64,000 nt of DNA from a virus: IMG/VR virus record IMGVR_UViG_3300003323_000540, positions 1 to 64,000 of that record; one strand, written 5' to 3'. Positions 25,930 to 34,208 of this stretch are shown here, in pieces; position 1 is the stretch's first letter; the number at the start of each line of letters is the position of its first letter. The notes beneath the pieces were generated by a model, which worked only from the letters and a program-made list of their open reading frames with translations, had not been told where the DNA came from and made no database searches. The position numbers and the translations under genes are program-made.

Positions 25930-26331
25930 TTATTTAATAATTCTCGAAAATATTTCCTCTTGCGCTTCTGATATCATTGGCGTCCATTTGTAAATAAAAC
26001 ATGGATAGTAATCTCCAACGTTGTCAGTTCCAAATTTCAACCATAGATGATTATCTTTCCCTCTTAATTCAAATCCGTCAAAATCAGCTTCTTCGCTTTT
26101 GACAATGGTTATCTCATCAAGCCGTCTGTTTGAATTGATACTTCCAAAACCAGATATTAAGACGGTGTCCATAGAAGATCTGTATCCATCGTCCTCATCT
26201 TCGATAACCTCAAAAATCAAATCTCCTAATTGAAATTTATTTGGATCATTCGGAGACATGTATAAATTGGCTTTCTTACCAACTAGGAAATTAAAATCAA
26301 CAGTGTCGCCTACTTTTAAATTAGTTTTCAT
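25930..26331 (-). CDS. hypothetical protein
   Basis: Track ORF 25930..26403 overlaps the upstream gene by 71 nt. The ATG at 26331 (MKTNLKVGD...) lies 1 nt after that gene's stop. Confidence 0.5.
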   Translation of the reverse strand: MKTNLKVGDTVDFNFLVGKKANLYMSPNDPNKFQLGDLIFEVIEDEDDGYRSSMDTVLISGFGSINSNRRLDEITIVKSEEADFDGFELRGKDNHLWLKFGTDNVGDYYPCFIYKWTPMISEAQEEIFSRIIK

Positions 26332-26332
26332 A

Positions 26333-26695
26333 TTACCAACTTCTATGTTTTTCACGTATAGTTTCAATGCCATCATAGTCATCGATTTCGTACTCCATTC
26401 CATCTGGAATATTAACTACTTTAATATTGCCAAATCTCCCACTTGCAGCTCCTTCTCCAATTGCTTCAATTGCCTTAATTAGAGTCTCATTCGTGCGGAA
26501 TTGATATTCATTGAAGTTAGAGTAATAGTCATTGAAACTTAATTTTTCACTATCCTTTACAATGTAAGGATCTTTGTTACCCTTTGGAATATCTTCCCAT
26601 TTGCTATACAAAGGGATTCCAAGTTCAATTAACTTCTCACATAGGGCGGCGCTCATATCAAATCCGCCGAAACATTTATTTATTGCTACTTTCAT
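26333..26695 (-). CDS. hypothetical protein (N-terminal KCFGGF motif)
   Basis: Minus-strand ORF. The N-terminus MKVAINKCFGGFDMS is a recurrent motif in uncharacterised phage proteins. Confidence 0.55.
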   Translation of the reverse strand: MKVAINKCFGGFDMSAALCEKLIELGIPLYSKWEDIPKGNKDPYIVKDSEKLSFNDYYSNFNEYQFRTNETLIKAIEAIGEGAASGRFGNIKVVNIPDGMEYEIDDYDGIETIREKHRSW

Positions 26696-27089
26696 TTTTT
26701 TGATTTTTTTCGTTATACCATTTTATATTCTTTACTAGTTGATCATAGGCGTATGTTATCTCATAACATGAGACTGAATTATCAAGGTCGTCGCATAATT
26801 GCAAGTATCTTTTTCTTTCGAGATCACTAAACTCCTCGAAAGGTATCGAATCCCACTTTGCGCAAACAGGTATAAGGCAGTCCCACGATAAATTGTAATT
26901 CAAATTTTCAAATTCTTCCCAAGAATTATCTAATTTGTGAATTGCATATTTACCAACACTTCGGATACCAATATCCTCCATAAACTGCTCATTATCTCTT
27001 TGCCATTGCGTCTCACTATTGGTTCCAGAATAACCAACTGTGACAACTTCATACCCCATAAACTCCGCTAACAATTCATTGTGTGTCAT
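26676..27089 (-). CDS. hypothetical protein
   Basis: Minus-strand ORF. No motif recognised. Confidence 0.55.
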   Translation of the reverse strand: MTHNELLAEFMGYEVVTVGYSGTNSETQWQRDNEQFMEDIGIRSVGKYAIHKLDNSWEEFENLNYNLSWDCLIPVCAKWDSIPFEEFSDLERKRYLQLCDDLDNSVSCYEITYAYDQLVKNIKWYNEKNQKNESSNK

Positions 27090-27090
27090 C

Positions 27091-27180
27091 TTAACTGTCT
27101 TTTAGCAATAGGTTTTTAACTTCTATCAATATTACAATAATGTCGATAAAGCCCAAAGATAAAATTAACATTTCTTTCAT
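27091..27180 (-). CDS. tiny hydrophobic peptide (29 aa)
   Basis: MKEMLILSLGFIDIIVILIEVKNLLLKDS. ATGA overlap upstream, and it ends 1 nt before the next start. Confidence 0.25.
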   Translation of the reverse strand: MKEMLILSLGFIDIIVILIEVKNLLLKDS

Positions 27181-27281
27181 GATTGTGCTTTTCGTTTAAA
27201 TTCATCAAGTAAGGATCTGAACCTTTTAATAGATTCAAGGTATTTTTCTAACAGTAGGTTAGCTTCTTCTATCTCTTTCAC
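27177..27281 (-). CDS. tiny ORF (34 aa, GTG start)
   Basis: GTGA overlap with the stop of 27278..27418. Sequence is (M)KEIEEANLLLEKYLESIKRFRSLLDEFKRKAQS. Confidence 0.2.
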   Translation of the reverse strand: MKEIEEANLLLEKYLESIKRFRSLLDEFKRKAQS

Positions 27282-27418
27282 TTCCTTAGCTTTTTATTGG
27301 CAATATCTGCCATCCTAACTAATATCTCCTTTGTGAGTTTATCATTCTCATACGCAATTATTGCCTCTGCAAGCTCTTTAGCGATGGAATAGATTTCTAT
27401 TTTCTTAAGGTGTTTCAT
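27278..27418 (-). CDS. small hypothetical protein (46 aa)
   Basis: MKHLKKIEIYSIAKELAEAIIAYENDKLTKEILVRMADIANKKLRK. ATGA overlap upstream. Confidence 0.3.
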   Translation of the reverse strand: MKHLKKIEIYSIAKELAEAIIAYENDKLTKEILVRMADIANKKLRK

Positions 27419-27576
27419 TCGCTGATTGCTTTTGCATTAAGTCTCTTAAGATTCTCTATTTTCGATTCAATGACCGCTACTTTAGTTATCAACTTTTCTT
27501 TTTGCTCCTCCATCTGACGAATTTTAAAAACCCTGGAATTGTAAAGAAGCTTTTGGGCTGTGGTCATTTCTTTCAT
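27415..27576 (-). CDS. small coiled-coil protein (53 aa)
   Basis: MKEMTTAQKLLYNSRVFKIRQMEEQKEKLITKVAVIESKIENLKRLNAKAISE. Confidence 0.35.
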   Translation of the reverse strand: MKEMTTAQKLLYNSRVFKIRQMEEQKEKLITKVAVIESKIENLKRLNAKAISE

Positions 27577-27584
27577 AAAGAATT

Positions 27585-27746
27585 TTATTTATTGGTTAAT
27601 CTGATTAGGCCTTCTCCGTTAATTTGCTTTTTATATGCGTGGCAATAGAACTTATCACCAACCATATACGGAAGTTTTCCAGGAGTATTAATGTAGTTTT
27701 CAATTCTGGCTAAATCTGCTTTTCGTTCTTCTGTATTCATTTTCAT
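27585..27746 (-). CDS. small hypothetical protein (53 aa)
   Basis: MKMNTEERKADLARIENYINTPGKLPYMVGDKFYCHAYKKQINGEGLIRLTNK. Starts 4 nt after the upstream stop. Confidence 0.35.
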   Translation of the reverse strand: MKMNTEERKADLARIENYINTPGKLPYMVGDKFYCHAYKKQINGEGLIRLTNK

Positions 27747-27750
27747 TGAT

Positions 27751-28050
27751 TTAATCTCTACACATATTTATTTCAAAGGATGGGGCGGTAGCTCCAGGCT
27801 TTACATGCACACCAAAAGAATACCCACTATCGGAACAGAATTGTATTAAACTGCTCAATTCATTGTAAGCGAAATGATTAGCGTTTATAGGCGTAACTGT
27901 GATTCCATCATGTGATTTTTGAAATGTATATCGCAACCATGAAGGGAGGTCTGTAACGCGGTTTGCTTCAATATAGCGTTGAATACGAAGAAATTCATTT
28001 TGTTTTTCTTGCTCTGTTGGAAATGGAGTCAGTGTGTTTTGCGTTTTCAT
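27751..28050 (-). CDS. hypothetical protein
   Basis: Minus-strand ORF. No motif recognised. Confidence 0.55.
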   Translation of the reverse strand: MKTQNTLTPFPTEQEKQNEFLRIQRYIEANRVTDLPSWLRYTFQKSHDGITVTPINANHFAYNELSSLIQFCSDSGYSFGVHVKPGATAPSFEINMCRD

Positions 28051-28068
28051 AACCTTGCGAGTTTTTAG

Positions 28069-28296
28069 TTAAGCGATTATTTTTATAATTCTATTGTGAT
28101 TCCAAGTTCTGGATTCCACTCCACCCTTCTTTGTTTTAATAGCTAAATCCAAATAATGACCACCGTTTAAGTTTATCGGACTACTTACGATTTTAGCATA
28201 AGTGAAAGCCATTACCATTCCCGGTTTTAAATTCTTTGCTTCAATTCCTTTTATGCTTGCCATTTGTTTGATTGTTTGATGAATCAAAGATAGCAT
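28069..28296 (-). CDS. hypothetical protein
   Basis: Minus-strand ORF after a 95-nt gap. No motif recognised. Confidence 0.5.
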   Translation of the reverse strand: MLSLIHQTIKQMASIKGIEAKNLKPGMVMAFTYAKIVSSPINLNGGHYLDLAIKTKKGGVESRTWNHNRIIKIIA

Positions 28297-28391
28297 ACTG
28301 AATATATTATTTACAAGAATTATTTAAAATATTTTATCCGATGCCTACTTTAAATACGTAAGTAACTGATAATCAATTACATTAATTTTCA

Positions 28392-28787
28392 TCAAATAAT
28401 GCCATTTTTCATTAAGAAAGTGAATAATTTGGCTGAATCCATTACATAAACATCTGAATTTTGAAGGCGGACGGTGCGAATGCAGAGCGAGAGCAGGTAA
28501 GCTTCCTTTTCCATATCCTGCTTTTGCTGTAAGGGATGGTAATGAGATAAACCATCTAACTCTACCGTTATTTTCGAAAGAGGGAAATAGAAATCACTGA
28601 AATAGAATTTAGTACTTGATATCCAAGGCTTCTGAAAGACAACTGTGAACTTTAAATTGTATTCTCTTTTTACTTTCCTGATTAAGGAAAGGAACTGCTT
28701 CTCTGACTTTGTTGCTTTTTCTTTTAATTCTTTATGATACTTTTTTATTAATTCCTTTCTCTTTTTATCAGCATCCTTCTTTTTCAT
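28392..28787 (-). CDS. DUF559/Vsr-like PD-(D/E)xK endonuclease-fold protein
   Basis: YFSDFYFPLSKITVELDGLSHYHP...QDMEKEAYLLSLCIRTVRLQNSDV follows the aDF..p....vEvDG..H......D..r...L...G..v.Rf.n..v pattern. Locally GC-richer than its surroundings. Confidence 0.5.
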   Translation of the reverse strand: MKKKDADKKRKELIKKYHKELKEKATKSEKQFLSLIRKVKREYNLKFTVVFQKPWISSTKFYFSDFYFPLSKITVELDGLSHYHPLQQKQDMEKEAYLLSLCIRTVRLQNSDVYVMDSAKLFTFLMKNGII

Positions 28788-28804
28788 GAATTGGTAATTT
28801 GAGA

Positions 28805-28829
28805 AATTAAAAAGCGCGAATGCGCTTTT
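28805..28829 (-). terminator. weak terminator-like hairpin
   Basis: On the minus strand: AAAAGCGC, loop ATTC, GCGCTTTT (8-bp stem, only 4 GC pairs), then TAATTTC. Lies only about 20 nt before the ATG at 28787. Confidence 0.35.
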
Positions 28830-28840
28830 CTTCTTTCTTT

Positions 28841-28880
28841 ATTCTTATTTCTTCTTCTTATATATTAATTCTTATTTCTT
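28841..28880. repeat. 13-nt direct repeat ATTCTTATTTCTT x2 in an intergenic region
   Basis: Exact copies at 28841-28853 and 28868-28880, between a GC-rich hairpin (ACCGTccACGGT, 28897-28908) and the hairpin at 28810-28829. Confidence 0.5.
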
Positions 28881-28918
28881 AATTCTTGTCGGCGTACCGT
28901 CCACGGTGCGTGTCAAAA

Positions 28919-29329
28919 CTAGCAAAAACGCACTTTTATAGGATCGAGTGCTTTATCAGTTACATTTTCCATTGCTAAGAGAATTAAATCCTTGTTAGAA
29001 ACTTTATTAAGTTCACTAGTAATACAGTCCAACATCGGCTTTCCAAAGTTTGGTTGTTTACACAATTGGTCAACTATAACTATCTCACTTGTGTCTTTCG
29101 AATAGTAAATTACTTTATAATCTACAAACCGTTTTAAAAGATTATCAATTGAATCCAAGTTATAGCCGGTGTAATGTGAAATCATCTTTCTTGTTATCTT
29201 GTAGATACCACATTCAGTTACTTCTGGATTTGTTAAAAGAAATAAATAAAAATATTTATCCTCTGGCGTCATTATATCGATCTTTTCATCTTTCCAAAAC
29301 TCCGCGTATACTTTTCTAAATTTTGCCAT
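28919..29329 (-). CDS. replisome-organiser/DnaD-N-terminal-like (DUF4373-like) winged-helix protein
   Basis: FRKVYAEFWKDEKIDIMTPEDKYFYLFLLTNPEVTECGIYKITRKMISHYTGYNLDSIDNLLKRF has the typical layout of phage replication-organiser N-domains. Assignment is from memory only. Confidence 0.35.
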   Translation of the reverse strand: MAKFRKVYAEFWKDEKIDIMTPEDKYFYLFLLTNPEVTECGIYKITRKMISHYTGYNLDSIDNLLKRFVDYKVIYYSKDTSEIVIVDQLCKQPNFGKPMLDCITSELNKVSNKDLILLAMENVTDKALDPIKVRFC

Positions 29330-29352
29330 CTGTTATAAATAAATTAAGTTAA

Positions 29353-29724
29353 TTAAAATTTCATTTTTTCGTGGTCGCCTTTCATGTCTTTTAAAGGGCC
29401 TTTGTGGTACTTGTCATAAATCTTCTTCTTCATCTCTGGATCTTTGATATCCTTGTACCCTTCATTCTTTGTGTGTAAAGCAGATCGCTTCTTAGCATAG
29501 GCTTGCTTGTCTTTAAGCAATTCTTTTTGTGTCACCGTAGTTCCGCCCTTCTGGTTTGCAATGTGAGGGGCGAAAGGAACACGAGGCCAAATTTCATAAT
29601 GCTTGCATGTAATCTCTTTCTTAATTTCTTCTGGTAATTCTGATTCTTTTCCAATGAAGGACATAGAATAGTTAAATTCCTTATATTTCTGGCACTTGGA
29701 ACAATGATGTTGATAATTAGGCAT
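29353..29724 (-). CDS. hypothetical basic protein with N-terminal CxxC
   Basis: HHCSKCQ near the N-terminus and a K-rich C-terminal half. Lies directly downstream of the sigma factor gene. Confidence 0.5.
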   Translation of the reverse strand: MPNYQHHCSKCQKYKEFNYSMSFIGKESELPEEIKKEITCKHYEIWPRVPFAPHIANQKGGTTVTQKELLKDKQAYAKKRSALHTKNEGYKDIKDPEMKKKIYDKYHKGPLKDMKGDHEKMKF

Positions 29725-29769
29725 AAATCTATGGTTAAAAATAAAAGTGTCTGTAATGCGATTTAAACC

Positions 29770-30666
29770 CTATTTAAGATAGGTCTTTAATGAGGAGATA
29801 TTTTTGAGGCGCTTTAATCGCTTTAAAGCTCTTGCTTTGTATTTGATGATATCTTTTTCTTTAATCTTGAAAGCTAAGGCAATGTCAGAAAGGCGTTTTA
29901 CAGGCTCGCCATTGAGTCCAAGAGAAAGGACTAGCACATCATACTCTTTTTGCTCAAGATTGAACAGGAAACGATTTAAATCGTTTGTCATGGATTCTAA
30001 ATTAGCTTCATCGTCTATTCCCAAAGAGTCACAAGGAATTAAAGCTTCTAAGGTATCAGTATCTTCATCGTCGTCTGATACTTTTTCATTTATTGATTTT
30101 ATTTTTCCTCCGTAGATGATTGCTTCTTCAATTTCAGAAATGGAGGGTGGATTGGCTTTTTTCTTTTCTTTGTATTTCTTCTTCATGGATACTTCTATCT
30201 CTTCTAAAGAAGGGTAGCGCTCTAAACGCTGTTCAAGTTCCATTATTTCCTCTCTTATCGCCGTTACAAGAAGTTCTCTATTCGCAGGTAATTGAATGGT
30301 TCGTTTATGAAAATCTATTGTTGTAAACATTCTAATACGCATCCAGAGAACTGCGTATGAAAAGAATTTTAAGTCACGTTCACGATCAAACCGGCGTGCC
30401 GCCTCAATCATCCCGGCATTCCCCTCTGAAACAAGATCTAAAAGAGACGAACCTAATCCTTGATAATGTTTTGCAACTGAAATAACGAATTTCAGATTTG
30501 ATTTTAAGAGAAGGTCTAAACTTCTTTGGCAACCTTCATCCTGGTATTTAATGATTAGAACTTTTTCTTGTTCCTTTGTTAGTGGTTCAAAGTTTCTTAT
30601 TTCGGAGAAATATCTGGAAACGTTGTCGGCATTTTCTTGAGATGTAATGATTTTCTTAATCTTCAT
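29770..30666 (-). CDS. sigma-70 family RNA polymerase sigma factor (regions 1.2-4 present)
   Basis: YFSEIRNFEPLTKEQE (region 1.2), LLKSNLKFVISVAKHYQGLGSSLLDLVSEGNAGMIEAARRFD (2.1-2.3), FFSYAVLWMRIRM (2.4) and LSDIALAFKIKEKDIIKYKARALKRLK (4.2 HTH). Confidence 0.85.
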   Translation of the reverse strand: MKIKKIITSQENADNVSRYFSEIRNFEPLTKEQEKVLIIKYQDEGCQRSLDLLLKSNLKFVISVAKHYQGLGSSLLDLVSEGNAGMIEAARRFDRERDLKFFSYAVLWMRIRMFTTIDFHKRTIQLPANRELLVTAIREEIMELEQRLERYPSLEEIEVSMKKKYKEKKKANPPSISEIEEAIIYGGKIKSINEKVSDDDEDTDTLEALIPCDSLGIDDEANLESMTNDLNRFLFNLEQKEYDVLVLSLGLNGEPVKRLSDIALAFKIKEKDIIKYKARALKRLKRLKNISSLKTYLK

Positions 30667-30668
30667 TA

Positions 30669-31163
30669 TTATAATTGTTTACGTCTTGCATATTCTGCTA
30701 TCAACAATCCATCATAGTCTGGATGTTTTAAATTAATTGATGGAAATAATCTTTTGCCAATATCTAAAGAAGCTGATTTAAGTTCTTCTCCTTTGAGGCC
30801 AGATGGTAATAATATTTTCTGCCATCCTTTACTATCAATATAAGAATATGGAATTCCTAATTCTTCTAAAACTATTAAAGTAGCTTCCAATGATCTTAAT
30901 GCAGATGCAGTAGCTTTAAATCTTCCAGGATTAACCATAGGGCGTTCTATTACAGCTATTATATTTTGCCTAGAAGAATTATCAAGTTGTTCAGATAAAA
31001 GACTTCTTAAAGAAGGAACATCTATTCTTGATATGTATTGCTTTGCTTTTGTATAACTCAATTCTTTTTTAACTGGAGTTTTACTAAAAAAAATATCTCC
31101 TGATGGTTTGATAATTGCTATTGTTCCAGAAACTCCGTTATCGATTCCTATAAAATATTTCAT
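30669..31163 (-). CDS. RuvC-like (RNase H fold) Holliday-junction resolvase candidate
   Basis: N-terminal FIGIDNGVSGTIAI, then VIERPM and C-terminal DGLLIAEYA supply acidic residues in RuvC-like order. Confidence 0.5.
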   Translation of the reverse strand: MKYFIGIDNGVSGTIAIIKPSGDIFFSKTPVKKELSYTKAKQYISRIDVPSLRSLLSEQLDNSSRQNIIAVIERPMVNPGRFKATASALRSLEATLIVLEELGIPYSYIDSKGWQKILLPSGLKGEELKSASLDIGKRLFPSINLKHPDYDGLLIAEYARRKQL

Positions 31164-31770
31164 ATTTTTTATTTTTCATTCTATCCACGCCTCCTTTGCT
31201 CATATTATCTTTGGCCCACAAAGGTTGCAAATTTTTTAATGCCCAACATTGTTTAAAAGATTCATCATTCACAGATGTAAATTTAAAATACGACTTTGGA
31301 ATAATGTGATCAACATGCCATTTTCCATAATTATCCCAAGACATTCCGTCCGTAAATAAACTTTCTAAGTGAACCATTAAATCTTTTAGATCATAATCAA
31401 CTAAACTTTTCCATTTTTTACCCCCTTTCTTTCCTTTTAAATATTTAGCCATTCCTCCTTTCATACTTATATGAATCTTCTTTTCATATTCTGTCAATGA
31501 ATTACGTTTTTTATATTCAACGGCGCAATCTCTTCCACAAAATTTGCCCTTTTGACTTTTTGCTTGCATTCTAGTAAGCTCAAAATCTTTATTACAATTA
31601 AGACAAATAAATTTAATGTTGCCGCCTTTATAATTTGGATTGTTAGATCCATGTTTAAATGTGTGATAGCATTTCGAACTACAGAAATAATTTTTAGCAG
31701 GCTTACTATTTGCTCTAAATTCCTTATTGCAGTTTTTACATGTTAAATCTCTGTAATGACATCCTTTCAT
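31138..31770 (-). CDS. HNH endonuclease with two N-terminal zinc-ribbon repeats
   Basis: CKNCNKEF...FCSSKCYH and CLNCNKDF...FCGRDCA form the zinc-ribbon repeats. HVDHIIPKS...NLQPLWAKDNMSKG is the HNH core. Confidence 0.75.
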   Translation of the reverse strand: MKGCHYRDLTCKNCNKEFRANSKPAKNYFCSSKCYHTFKHGSNNPNYKGGNIKFICLNCNKDFELTRMQAKSQKGKFCGRDCAVEYKKRNSLTEYEKKIHISMKGGMAKYLKGKKGGKKWKSLVDYDLKDLMVHLESLFTDGMSWDNYGKWHVDHIIPKSYFKFTSVNDESFKQCWALKNLQPLWAKDNMSKGGVDRMKNKKYEIFYRNR

Positions 31771-31805
31771 AATTTAAAAATACTAATCATTACATATATC
31801 TATTC

Positions 31806-31837
31806 CTAAATAAAAAAGGCGAACTAAAAATTCGCCT
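31806..31837 (-). terminator. Rho-independent terminator after the sbcC-like gene
   Basis: On the minus strand: AGGCGAA, loop TTTTTAG, TTCGCCT (7-bp stem), then TTTTTATTT. Confidence 0.65.
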
Positions 31838-31908
31838 GCTGTAAAAGTCAATAAAAATAATTTCATAAAATTAATAAGGAAGTTATGAAATAACAAAACC
31901 GTAACATT

Positions 31909-33780
31909 TTAACTATTTCTGATTGAACTAATTCCTTTATTCTTTTCTATCGAGATAGTATTCTCAAAATTCATATCACTTGCGGAATGAGTTACAAGTA
32001 AAATTGCTTTATTTAATTTAGAGAATGCTTTTGCTGTATTTGTAACTCCCAATGAATCTAATCCACTTATCATTTCATCTGATTGATAATAATTTAAACC
32101 GCCTGTCTTTGAAGAAGCATTGATCAATTGTTGAAAAGCAAGGTCAACCGCTAAATTCAATCTTACTCTTTCTCCCTCGCTAAACTGAACATAAGGTTGG
32201 GGATTAATCCAGTTACGATAAATGATAGGGTTTAAAGACTGTCTCAATTCGCCTGATTTCAGGCGTTTAAATCCTTCAATATGAAGATTAAGGTCTGAAC
32301 CAATCATTTTAAGATAATTGTTCACAAGCGAGCAAATTACTTCTATTGGCTTATTTCCGAGATAGAATTTGAATTCTTCAAAGTGTTTTATCCATTGTGA
32401 AGATTGATCAATAAGAGTATTAAGAGAAGTTATTTCAGCTGCTATTGAGGCAATCTCTTTTTCTTTGGCTTTAATTTGTTCTTGGATATTCTTTTTCTCA
32501 TCTACAAAAGAAAGTGCATGCGTTTCTGCAATTTTAGATTCTAAGTCTTCGATTGCTTTTAAAATTCGTTCTTGTTGTGATTCGAAAGAAGAGATGTTTT
32601 GAAGTAAAACTGTTTTCCGGCGTTCTGTTAATTTGTTCTGTTTTACCAGATCATTGATATCTTGAATCTTAGAAGATATGTCTTCTTGATTTGTATGGAT
32701 GGATTCAAGTTCTTGCTCCAATGCTTGAAAGTCCAAAAGAAACGTATCTAATTCATCTTGTGTGTACGTTTCTTTAATTGAAAGGTGAAATTCATTCTCG
32801 CATTTCGGACATGTTATTTTGCCTGCCAGATAATTTTGAGCATTCTGAATTTCAGGTGTAATTTCTTTCATTAATTTAACTATCTCCATATAACTTTCTT
32901 GGAGCACATTCCATTCAGATTGCAATACTTTAATTTCATTTAAATCTGTTTCATGAAATACAAGTTCTGAAATTTCATTGTTCACTACTTCAATATTATC
33001 CTGGCTTTCCAATAATTGTTGATCGTAGGATTCAATTTGATCTTGATAGCTTTTGATTTGAGCGACTTTTTGTTGTTCAAATACTTTCATTGCATCTGCA
33101 TTTAAAGATGCCTGTAGCGCCTCTATGTAGCCATCAGCAGTAAATATTTTATTAGAAAGAGAATTCACAGCAGATGTATTTGATTTAACATCGGCTTCTA
33201 AAGAAGCAATAATTTTATCAACAATTGCTGTATTGGTGAAACGTGATATAACTTCTAGCTTTCTTTCAGTATTTACTTCTAGGAATGGAGAATAATTTGT
33301 TTTGGAGATAAAGAAGTAATTCAATAGATCTTCTTCTTTGATATCCAAGATGTGATCAAGTATAAATTTATTTCCTTCCTTAATATCTACTCCATTTTTA
33401 ACTCCTTGCTTTGTAGGAATTGAAGACGGTACTTCATTATCAATGAGAATAATTAATTCACTTGCTTTTTTAGAAAAGATCCTTCTTTCAATTAAGCACT
33501 CTTGTTTTGTCGCTTTGTTTGTAAGGATTGCCTTAACTGTGAATGAAGATGAATCTGAACTCCAAGAAATGCAATCCTTAACATTTCTTCCAGTCAAAGA
33601 ATAACCAAATAGAGCAATCGGAAAAATATCTACAAAAGAAGTCTTACCACCTCCATTGGATTGTTGCGAATCATTGTCGTTATTAATTCCTTTAATTATA
33701 TAACATTTGTTTTCAAAGTCATAATGAACTTTCTCAAATGACATGAAATTGCTTGCCTGAATACTATTTAAATGCCACAT
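31909..33780 (-). CDS. sbcC: SbcC/Rad50-like (T4 gp46-like) recombination ATPase
   Basis: Walker A is NGGGKTSF. A long coiled coil has a central CPKC zinc hook. Signature SEGERVRLNL, Walker B/D-loop SDEMISGLD and a His-loop LLVTHS are present. Confidence 0.8.
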   Translation of the reverse strand: MWHLNSIQASNFMSFEKVHYDFENKCYIIKGINNDNDSQQSNGGGKTSFVDIFPIALFGYSLTGRNVKDCISWSSDSSSFTVKAILTNKATKQECLIERRIFSKKASELIILIDNEVPSSIPTKQGVKNGVDIKEGNKFILDHILDIKEEDLLNYFFISKTNYSPFLEVNTERKLEVISRFTNTAIVDKIIASLEADVKSNTSAVNSLSNKIFTADGYIEALQASLNADAMKVFEQQKVAQIKSYQDQIESYDQQLLESQDNIEVVNNEISELVFHETDLNEIKVLQSEWNVLQESYMEIVKLMKEITPEIQNAQNYLAGKITCPKCENEFHLSIKETYTQDELDTFLLDFQALEQELESIHTNQEDISSKIQDINDLVKQNKLTERRKTVLLQNISSFESQQERILKAIEDLESKIAETHALSFVDEKKNIQEQIKAKEKEIASIAAEITSLNTLIDQSSQWIKHFEEFKFYLGNKPIEVICSLVNNYLKMIGSDLNLHIEGFKRLKSGELRQSLNPIIYRNWINPQPYVQFSEGERVRLNLAVDLAFQQLINASSKTGGLNYYQSDEMISGLDSLGVTNTAKAFSKLNKAILLVTHSASDMNFENTISIEKNKGISSIRNS

Positions 33781-34208
33781 GCTTTATAAGCCCTTACGGT
33801 TAATGTTACTCTTTTAGTGAAAAGATCGTGTATCTTAGACTCAAAATCATTGAAGTCTGTATGTTTAATTTCAATCAGGCCTCTATTTAACATTTCTTCT
33901 CCTAGCTTATAAGCGCTATTTCTAATTAAATAATCCAAATGTTTATTATCTGTTAATACTGTTCTATCCATAGTTATGGTTGGATAAGGCAGATGAAGAT
34001 AATGCTCCTTTGAAATATAGTCGAATGAGGATGTAAGAATTTGCGTATCGTATCTAATGTGCTCTATTCTTCCAAGAAATGACTTTTCTTTATCAGCTTC
34101 ATCTCGTGCTATATCCGCTGCATATTCAATCAGCCAATGATAAGTTTTGCAAATGAAGATTATAACAACACAAATAAATACTACAAATAATATAATGGTA
34201 AGGATCAT
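33768..34208 (-). CDS. N-terminally anchored hypothetical protein
   Basis: TM segment ILTIILFVVFICVVIIFIC. Sits between the sbcD-like and sbcC-like genes with 4- and 13-nt overlaps. Confidence 0.5.
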   Translation of the reverse strand: MILTIILFVVFICVVIIFICKTYHWLIEYAADIARDEADKEKSFLGRIEHIRYDTQILTSSFDYISKEHYLHLPYPTITMDRTVLTDNKHLDYLIRNSAYKLGEEMLNRGLIEIKHTDFNDFESKIHDLFTKRVTLTVRAYKACGI

